From NCBI RefSeq assembly GCF_963506605.1, contig NC_083288.1:36766001-36830000 (forward strand): a stretch of 64,000 bases of DNA. Direction: 5' to 3'. The first letter of the stretch is position 1, and each line of letters starts with the position of its first letter. The notes under the pieces are model-generated. The model was not told the DNA's origin and searched no databases. It saw only the letters and a list, made by a program, of their open reading frames with translations. This document shows, piece by piece, positions 54,584 through 64,000 of this stretch. The DNA comes from Zootoca vivipara (Eukaryota). Position numbers and translations under genes: made by a program.

Positions 54584-57500
54584 ATGGAGTGGCTGTATTG
54601 TGCAGGTAGACTTAACTGAGTAGAGGGCATGGAGGGTCACCTGGAGGTGAAGGCAGGAATTAATATCTGAATTGTACAGTTGTTGTTTTTTTAAGTAAGT
54701 GTTGGGCCTGGAGGCAAGGGCACTATTTGGACTCTGCTTCAGGTGGGATATTGAGCTGAAAGCTGTTTTAAGCATTAGCTGTACCTCTGCCAGTTTGTGA
54801 GGTGGCACTTAAATTTGAAAGCCTCAGTTCCATTAAGCACACTTCAAAAACACTGTCTCCTCCTTCATAAGCTCAAGTCCCCAGAACTCCCAAACATTTC
54901 TTCCATCTGATAATTCCCCATCTATCCAGAGGTCTTATATGACCTATAGCGCCCTCTTCAAGATTTCTCCTCCACAAAGGGGCAGAGACAGAAGAAACTT
55001 GCTTTAAATCTGCCTAGTTCGATTTCTTCTGAACTGGATTCTGATTGCAACTCTTTTTTTAGACAAGCCTATCCAATTTTATAGAACGTTGATATGTGTT
55101 TAGTTTGTTTTCTGAATGTTTTAAATATTTGTTTTAACTGAGTTTACTGATAATTTTCTTTCTCTTTTTTCACGTGTGTGTTTCTACCATCAAGCAGTGT
55201 AGTTTCTTTTTCCAAACGGTATATAAATTTTGTAACATATATAAATAATTATGAAGACCTTCTGGTATGTCCTATAAAATAAATATGTGTTAACCTAGTA
55301 ATGAAAAGAATGGTGTGACAGCACCAGTCGTACCTCTTTGGAAAGTGTTCTAAAGTTGGGATGTATGCATTACAAACTTGTGCTAGGGAAAGCATGCAGG
55401 GAAGGTCTTCAACCAAAAATGTTAATTTTAAAATGAATGACAAGTGACTGGAACATCTATTGATAGTAACATTTGATAATAATTGTATGCGACAACAAAG
55501 GACTGGACGAGGTAACTTTTTGGTGGATTTATCTGGTTGACTGACCAAACCCAAAGAGTGCCCACTAATGGTTCCTAGTCATCCTTCCAAAAAAGAAAAG
55601 AAAAAAAGAAAGGGACAAGTGAGGTACCACAGGCTTCTGTCCTAGGCCCATTGTTGTTCAGCCTCTTTATAAACGACTTTGATGAGCATCCCCTCAATTC
55701 CTTCATCCAATTTCGAGGTGACACCAAACCGGGAGGGGTAGCCAATGTCACTCAGGATGGAATCGGGATTCAGTATGACCTTAAGAGATTGGAGAACTGG
55801 GCCAAAACTAACAAAATGAATTTCATTAGGGGCAAATGTAAGCTTCTACATTTAGGCAGGAAAAACCAGCTGCACCAATTTAAGATGGGGGACACTTGAC
55901 TTGCCAGTAGTAGATGTGAAAAGGATCTAGGGCAGGCATCCCCAAACTTCGGCCCGCCAGATGTTTTGGACTACAATTCCCATCACCCCTGACCACTGGT
56001 CCTGTTAGCTAGGGATCATGGGAGTTGTAGGCCAAAAAATCTGGAGGGCACAGTTTGGGGATGCCTGATCTAGGGGTCTTAGTGTTTGTCCAGCTCTCCT
56101 CTTTTCCCCCTGTAACAACATAGGGCTCGGCTACTACCTTTCAAAGTTGCTTGTTGTGCAGGTAAAGTGCCCCTTCTATTGCAATGGGCCAAGGAGGTGG
56201 GGCTATGGCTTTAAATAAGTTGTGATTGGGTCTGAGTATGGCCCTTTTTCAAGCTACACCCTTTTGGGTTAATCGTCTCTTGCCACACCCATACAAATGC
56301 AGGTTTATTAAAGGGGCCTCAGTAGTGAAGCTCAACCCCCCCCCCCACAGACACACCTTAATTGTTTGTGGTTTTCTTCAGCTTGAAAATATTTTACTTT
56401 TCTTAGCTTTTAAAGAAATAGATTTGTCTGGCTTGGAGGAGAATGCGGGTGGGCTTTGTGCTCCCCACCCCTAGTACCCTGACTTACAAGGGTAGCTGAA
56501 TTTTCTGGAAAAGAGTCGAGGGTTAGGCAAGCCTGGGGAGGGAGGTGAGAGGATGTTATGAGCTGAGGCCCAGATTAGGACCATGGAAAAACCGCTCCTG
56601 GAAGTTGTGGTAAGATCCACAGAAGAGGACCTTTGTCAGAATCGCCCAGCGCCGGCCTTTGAGGAAGAACAACCTGTTTGTAAAAGACTACGGATGGATT
56701 CGCCAGTTTATCCAGCGGAGTCAGAGGCCCCTCTACCACCAGAGAGGAGTATGTGGAGCTATTCTAATTGTGGGGGAACTGTTTTTTTCCCCTTTAAAAT
56801 TGATTTAAAGATGGGGGATGCAGCAGGAGTGTGATATGATGGGCGTTGCAAAGATGGATTGTCTCCATGGAGGTAGTAACTCCTGTTTATTAACGTGTAT
56901 TCAAGATGACTTAACGTTAGGCCCCATCTGCGCTAAACATTTTAAACACTTTAAACAGGTTTCCAGCAATGACTCTTTGAGATCTGTAGTTTAAGTGTGC
57001 TGAGAGTTGTTTAGAGACCTCCCCCCTCCTTTCCCTTCTGAGCTACAATTCCCAGAGCTCCTTAGGAAGGGGGATTGAATGCTTATTTATTATTTACTTT
57101 ATACATTTATTATCCCACCTGTTAAACCACTTCGGCTTTGTTAAGCCACTCTGGGCTTAAAGCAACCTACTACTGTACTGTGCAAATGGGGCCTTCCTTT
57201 AGTTATTCATAACAGCAGCCTCTGGCTTAGGGGTCAACGGGCAAAAGGCCTTGGAGCCAAATTCAGCCTCTGAGCTGGGACACCCGCAGCTTCTCCAGTG
57301 GTAAGAGAAGTTGTGGGGGAGATGGGTTTGTGTGGCGATAAGATACGTCTGTCGCTGATTTTGCTAGATGAGAGGAGGGGCCCCAGTCCGCATTTGCTCC
57401 TCACGTAAAACTGGTTGTCCCCTTTTCTTATGCTTCGGGTGGCTTGGATTAACCTAAAGAAGCGTGAGCGGAAGGTGAAAATGCATTTGTGCTCCTCCGG

Positions 57501-60500
57501 GAACAATTGTGCCAGAGTTAATGGCAGGGTACTTAGGCTGTAGTGCCATAATGTATGGGGGGAAGTAGGGTTGCATTTTGGTATAAAGGAAACGGTGCGT
57601 GAGGAAAACATAGGCCGTACTCTTTGTTTCCAGGTCCAGTTCAAGGGTGCTCACATTAATGTTGAAAGCCCTAAATGACTTAGGCCAGGCACCCCCAAAC
57701 TGCGGCCCTCCAGATGTTTTGGCCTACAACGCCCATGATCCCTAGTTAAGAGGACCAGTGGCCAGGGATGATGGGAATTGTAGTCCAAAACATCTGGAGG
57801 GCCAAAGTTTGGGGGTGCCTGACTTAGGCCCCAACGACTGCTTCTTTCCCTACAAACCCTTCAGGGCTGTTAAGACCAGCAGATGGGGCCCTCTTGGGAG
57901 TTCCACCTCCCTCAGAAGTTTGGGGTGGCTTTCCACATGGAAAAATAATGAAATCTCATTATTGAATAAGAATAAGAATAATACTGTAATTAGTTTTGTG
58001 TGTGTGTGTGTGTGGATCAGGGAAGGGCATTCTCTGTGGCAGCCCCAAGTTGTTGAACTTCCTCCCCTGGCTTCTCCACAATTCAGCTCCTGGCAAATGC
58101 TGCAGACACACTTTTTTTACCCTGGGCTTTGCCTCATGAGATAGATGTGTGTTCCCAGGGTCCACCCTAGTCCTGTAATTTTAATTGCTTTAACTGTTGT
58201 TTATTTGGAATTTTAAATACTGTAGTTGTCATTTGCCCTGGGATCTGCTGGTGAAGGGCAGGGAATAAATTTAGTAACAATCATGATGTTTAATCACGAT
58301 CAAGATGCAGAAGGCCATAAAAAAAGGTCTCGCTTGAGACTAAGCCTGTGTGCAATTGGAGGAACTCGTGGATTTGGTGTTGGTTTTCTTCATACAGTGG
58401 TCTTCTGCTAAGGAAGAAATAGGCCTTCTCCGACAGGAATAGGCTTTCTGCTAGTGGAAAGACACTTTTAGAATCCAACTCAATACATATGTAATGTGAA
58501 AATAGGGATTCCAGACATTCTTGACTTTTTAATGTTTTGTATCCAAATGATTTGTTGCTTCTACTCCAGCCTGCCCTACAGCGTCCCCTCCAGCCTGCTC
58601 CACAGCTCCGCCTTTGTCCACACACCAGTGCAAGAAACCTTCACGCAGGGCTGCTTATCATCCCTTTGATTTCACCTCGGACGAGCTGGACCCTGCCTAT
58701 GAGTGGCCAAGGGAATCTTCTGCAAGGAAAAGTAAGACGCATGGAGGAGCTGACTAATAATGTTTGTATGCTCTTTGGAAGGGACCCTGGTGTGTGAGCA
58801 TGGAAAAATAGGAGGTCTAAAACGTGTGGTTTTTATGCTGGAATGGGAGAGGTGGCGAGGGTAAGAAAAGAAAACTGGTCTGTTTGAGGAGGTGTGGCCT
58901 ACTGCTACACATTCAAGGGAATGAAGTGGGGGAATGGACTTCATCAGATTACAGGAGGGTGGGGTTGGTTATCCAATTTTGCATACTTATCCTTTAAAAA
59001 ACACCCACCCATCCCAGGAAATAGAACGCATAGGCACTTGCTGTGTGCCCTTTCCAGCTATGCTGAATTTATCATCATGGATAAATCTTAACATGGGGAA
59101 ACTTTCAAAAATGTGATGGTTTACTTGCAGTGCGAAGAGGTACACTTTGTCCTCCCTGTTCAGTACACTCATCACCTCGTTCTGTGTCGAGCAGGCTGGT
59201 CATACCTTCCCCACCTTCAGCAGGTGTGCAGCAGGAAGAAAATTATCCAGCTTTCTGAAGAATACCCTCATCCTAATGAAGCCTGTATCAGTTTAATTTC
59301 TGATTGGAGGTTCTGTAAAGACTTCCTTAACTGAAGGGAGGCCTTCAGCAGTTGCAATGGGAACTGAAGCCTAATGAGGCTAAGGGAAAAGAAATACTAT
59401 AAAAGTTAGGAGTCCTGTGACTTTGATAGTTTGTAGTATAGTCGAGAAATAAGAGGAATTTGGCATGAAGAGCACAAAAACTTGTGTTGCAAGTAAAGCA
59501 CTGGTTCCACAATTAGCACCCACTGACAAATGGACTAGCTGTTCCAGGTAATTGAGATCCATTCCAAACAACACTAAAAAGTAGGGCTGTGGGGCCACTC
59601 TGTCCAAATTCTAGATCCTGAGCCAAATTGGGCTGATGGGCTGGAGCAGCTTGAGGCATCCCCAGGTCCACCCAAAGTGATCTAGAGCTGTCCAAAGGGG
59701 TGGTAATCGGGTGGCAAGGAGTAGGATGGTGGAGAAGAAGCAAATGCAGACAGCCTGTCTGTCTTCCCCTGCCCTTGGACCACATATAAAATAGGGTTTA
59801 AATCCATAATTAAACAATGTGCTAGAGTCCCAGTCTTGGGCCCAGATCCAGGTCAAGTCTGCCCCAGGACAGATCTGGAACACTGGATAGGAGGGTGCAT
59901 GCACAGTCCTACTTAAAAGCCTTTTCATAATCGAGGCCTCTTTGTATCGTTCAGGTGGTGCGGATGTGACCCCTCTCCTCCGAAGCACTCTGGGCCAGTT
60001 TCCTTTAGGCTTGCGTCTGGATAAGCTGGAGGCCCTGGTGTGGAAGGAGCACAAGGTCAAGCTGTGGAAACTCTGTTTGGAGCGAGGCTACAGTGACAGC
60101 CTGAAGTTCTTGCAGGTGGTACCTGGGATCAGGCTCAAACCCTCAGGCAAAGGGACTTTCCGGTGCCTTGTGCAGTTGGACCCAGGTGAGTGTTTCTCTC
60201 CTCCAGCCTGACCGTGTGTTCTCTCAGGAGAGCTACAGGACCCACAGCCTGGCAACCTTTGGCCTTAATTTTATGCTTTTCTAGGTCATTGAAGGTTTGT
60301 ATCTGATCTCCAAGAAGCAACTTGCAAATAATCTACAGGCCTAATTTTATTCAGAGGTTGTCAGTGCAACACCTGCTCGCCCCATGGTGCCTGCCATAGC
60401 ATCATACGGTTCCTGCAAAATGTCTCAGTAAATATCATCTCACAAAGTGTCTCAGTAAATATCACCTCAAAAATCCATAATGCATGAGAGACTGATTGCT

Positions 60501-61480
60501 GTACCTGCTCATTTCCTGTTTGCAATGGCTTTGTTGCTCTCTTACTTCGAACACATCCCCTTAAATGTGCCCATATTTTTCGGGATGCCAGGATTGGACA
60601 CCCTCCTTCCCATCCCTTCTGAGCAGAGGAGAGATTCAGCGAGCTTTTCACTGTGAGTTGTATGGCAGCGGCTGATACACGTTCTTTTGTGAGGCATGCC
60701 CACTGCTTTTTGTGATCTGGGCTCATTTAATGCTCCTTTAGATGTGGCATCCCTTTCATGTTATACCACGCCGTGACAGCACTTCCTCATAATTCCACAT
60801 GTGGCCACTGGCCCTAAAAGGTTGGTGATTCCTGTTAGTCTGACTGATTTAAAGGGATCTGGGTGAGAAGCAGTGGGTGGAGCACATGCTCTAAACGAAG
60901 AGGGTCCTGTGATCAGTTCCCCAATATTTCTAGCACAAAGGAATCAGATAGCAACTGATGGCAAAGGCCTCTGCCTGAGATGTGGAAAGGCCACTGCAGG
61001 CAGTGTAGACAATAAAAGGCCTGTAGTCTGACCTGGTATAAGGATGCCTTCTTCTTTTGTTTGGTTTTTTAACCCTCCTTTTGAACAGCAGGAATAAACA
61101 AACCCCAATATTTAAAAGCCCTCCCAGTCCCCAAGATTAAGAGTACTCTGTACCATGCCTCACTCCACTTGCTTTTCAAAAGTCTTGCTTTTATATCCGG
61201 CCTTTAGTACAGAATGGAGCTCAAAGTGGTTTGTGTGGGGTTTCAAAATGGTCTCCCATCCAGGCACTCCCGAGACCAAGATCTGCTTAGTTCCAGAAAA
61301 GCTGCTGTTGATGCCGTCTGGAGGTGGCAATATCCTTCTGCTCAGCTTTTGTACACCTCCAGGCCACTTCTCTCTGCTGGTTTCTCCACTCTGCTTTTCC
61401 CATGTTGCTTTAGTCTTCAGTAACTCTCAGTCCCAGTGGGTTTGCACCACCCATTTTGGGGAAACCCCTGAGGCTTAACT
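54584..61480 (+). CDS. Tentative gene model around the LOTUS exon: 54584-54605, 56124-56161, 57231-57300, 58570-58731, 59131-59223, 59955-60185, 61421-61480; 3' end not resolved
   Basis: The GT-AG segments join in phase without stops (225 codons), but apart from the LOTUS exon they are low-complexity Ser/Pro-rich sequence. The first three exons are the least certain. Confidence 0.4.
55495..56083 (+). mobile_element. CR1 LINE reverse-transcriptase fragment
   Basis: Encodes VPQASVLGPLLFSLFINDFD..., DTKPGG..., DLKRLENWAKTNKMNF..GKCKLLHLGRKN; interrupted by a MITE. Confidence 0.85.
55933..56067. mobile_element. hAT MITE inserted in the CR1 fragment
   Basis: CAGGCATCCCCAAAC TIRs and perfect 8-bp TSD atctaggg. 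Confidence 0.88.
57686..57821. mobile_element. hAT MITE
   Basis: CAGGCACCCCCAAACT TIRs and perfect 8-bp TSD acttaggc. Confidence 0.88.
59955..60185 (+). CDS. Coding exon encoding a LOTUS (OST-HTH)-like domain of an unidentified gene
   Basis: Clean 231-nt phase-1 exon (ttcag|...CCAG|GTGAGT) encoding GADVTPLLRSTLGQFPLGLRLDKLEALVWKEHKVKLWKLCLERGYSDSLKFLQVVPGIRLKPSGKGTFRCLVQLDP. The pattern LRS.L....GL....L......GY.....FL..VP.I fits recalled TDRD5/TDRD7 LOTUS domains. Confidence 0.7.
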
Positions 61481-64000
61481 GTACGTGGGCAGGAATGCAT
61501 TTTATTCCACTGGGTGTTATTGTTGCAAAGGCTGACTTTAAACAAAAAAAAAGAGCTTGATGCTTAGTGAAATCTCCAAAGATACTGGCTGTGTACATGC
61601 TATATACATTTAAAGTGCATTTCAAAGCACATTCTTTCCCTCAAATAATTCTGGGCACGGTAGTTCTCTAAGGGTTGCTGGGAATTGTAACTCAGAGGGG
61701 CAAACTAGAGTGCACAGAATTATTCGAGGGAAAGAATGTGTGCTTTAAACATTTAGTGTGTGCATAGTTGTCAGGGGGCAAGGCTTCACTGTCCTCCAAA
61801 GGAAGCTGCCTTAAACAGAGCCAAACCATCCAGCTTAGCATTACCTGCACTGACTAGCAGTTGTTGTCCATGTTTCAGTCGGGACATTCCCAGCCCTACT
61901 TGGTGTTGACTTCTAGAACTTCCACCTCAAGGTTGGCCTTGTTTGCTGCATGGCTCTCGGATGAGCTGGCAATGTTTTGAGAGTTACAGTTGCACAGAAG
62001 GAGGTGACAGAATTCTGGTTATTCTTCTCGATGTAGTTAAGCTAGCACCAGAGGGAGAAATTGTGTATATACATATATACACAAACATGACTTTTTTAAA
62101 AAAAAATGCAAGGGGAGCGTTGGAATTTGGTCCTCCCCCACCTGCAGTCTGAACTGGTGTAGTCCAGAAAATTATACCATTTCATTTTGTGTTTTATAGA
62201 AGAATGGCTGTTCTGGTTTAAAGAATATAGTGCATCCTCAAAGAGGAATGGTTGCAACACAGCATCACAGCACACATTTTACATGCAGAAGGTCTCAGGT
62301 AGACAATCCTGGTCTAGATGGGTATAAAAAGCAGCTTCCTATGCAGATGGATCACTAGTCTGAAGGTAGCTTCCTATCTTTGGATTTCTGCTTTATGGCC
62401 CTTGGATATCTTAAGTGTTTTGTCTTCTGCCCCTCCCTTTTATAGCTGGCCCTTATCGTTTGTCCTATCAGCCTGCAAACACAGCAAGCCAGAAACTGTG
62501 TGGCACTGCAGGAACTGTAACGAGTTCTGCTTTGCCTTTGCAAGGATCCTGATGCCGTGAAAGAAATTGGATTCCAGCATCAGGTAGACTTTGTTGAACT
62601 GTGCTGGTTTAATTATAACAAGCTTCTCCCCCCCCAAAAAAAGTGATTGCATTGGGTGCCCTGCATTACTACCTTGATTCGTCAGACTTGAGAGTTGTTG
62701 GTCTTGAAAAGAGGTGCCTTTAGGGATCAAACCTCTAGAGGGAGCAACTTCCATATTTTTGTTTGTAACCCCCCCCCCCCTCACCATTTTTGTGGCATGT
62801 TAATAACCTAGCACTTTTATGCCTGGTGTTAATAGCTAATGGAGGAAATTACTTAAAGGAGCTTTGGAAATGGATTCCCAGCACTGCAGCACACCAAGCG
62901 TTTATTTAACAGTAAGGGAAAGGAAGACAACTTGAACTGTGGAAGCCTGTGTAATTTGTGTGTATCCTTTGCGCTACTTTGTAAGGAACACTTAGTATGC
63001 GGCCGGTGGGCATCTTCCCTCGGGGCTATTGCCTTTATCAAAAGGGTGGGGGAAGATAGTGTCTCTGATTAGTGATGCAATCATTGGTACTAGCCAATAG
63101 ATTTGTGCAGCCACAGTCTGAACTGCACTAAATACTTGAATTGGTGCAGTGATGGGATGGGGTGGACGTGTTGCATGATAAAATATCCTGCATCTTAAGT
63201 GCTGGAGAACTGCTTTCCCTGTAATGCAGACATTTCTTTGAAAGAAGGCTTCTGAAATCCTAGGCCTGGGCCACACTGCCGCAAAAAATGTGGACTTGTA
63301 CCTGCCTGTCTCCCCAATAATGGGAGGGGCATCCAGATGAGACCCTTCCCATCCCAGTGTTGTCTTAGAGGGGAGACAAGCAGGAAGGGTTTTTAGTTGT
63401 TCCTTGGAAAGTCCAAAACAGCCAGGATCAAAAAACTCTGCATTTGAAGGGGGAAGGATATAGGACAGCATCATGTGGGAGGTTCTCCATTAGTAGGGAG
63501 ATGGGTGCAAGTCCAGTTTAAACAAATCCTGAGATTCTTATTGGCTGACAAATATGAAGCTGGGGGTTCTACCTGCAGGATACAAGATCTAGGCCCTCAA
63601 AGGACTCGCCTGCTTTTAAAAGGGGCGCAAGAGCGAATATTTTGCTGCCTCAAGCTGCAATTCCACTATCGGCATAGACGAAGCAACTGGAGAATCTGCA
63701 CCTTGCTGGAATTTTCCCTTCTCCACAACAACTGAAGAGATGAGAGCTCTCTTGAATCTGGATCCTAGCAACCATAATTCACTTCAATCCATGCTGATAA
63801 ATTGTTCTATGATGCAACAGTATGTTATTTTTTCCTTTGTCAATGAGTCTCAGGCATCTCTTCCCACTTGCTTTAGGACACTGCAGTGGCAGGAACACTG
63901 GAGCCTTTGAACAAAGGGGTAATAGTCACAGATGGACCGGCCTTCAATAAATCATCTGGGTTGTGCCTGTCCTCCCTTTTTGTAGCTTAGGTTCAGGCAC

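Noticed and set aside
56583-56834. 83-aa ORF MEKPLLEVV... with good Kozak context
   Set aside because: It could be an alternative first exon (donor at 56610) of the LOTUS gene, but nothing in the sequence discriminates this from chance, so it was not called.
62472-64000. Candidate downstream exons of the LOTUS gene (acceptors near 62471, 63578 and 63985-63990)
   Set aside because: They have stops in the required phase or are truncated by the window edge, so I could not build a consistent model.

Overview
Vertebrate genomic DNA, almost certainly squamate and probably a lacertid lizard (Sauria SINEs, BovB, L2 tails, hAT/Tc1 MITE families). It matches the conserved flank of the leukocyte receptor complex (LRC, human 19q13.42). 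Splice-site reading gives five genes: the 5' part of CNOT3 (-), complete PRPF31 (-, 13 coding exons, 499 aa), complete TFPT (+, 239 aa), complete NDUFA3 (-, 86 aa), and an activating Ig-superfamily receptor (+, about 336 aa) at the OSCAR position. That receptor has three Ig domains, an Arg-containing TM and a short tail, and two of its domains look non-LILR (HIDE1-like). Further right is an unrecognised multi-exon gene (+) with one exon encoding a LOTUS/OST-HTH-like domain; it appears to run off the window. Notable repeats are a perfect 94-bp-arm palindrome of Penelope-type pseudo-LTRs with hammerhead ribozyme motifs on both strands, a 2.1-kb non-LTR insertion with a 46-bp target-site duplication (TSD), and a solo LTR. 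Most ORFs in the supplied track are spurious intron or repeat read-throughs. All family comparisons are from recalled protein and repeat sequences; no database search was run.
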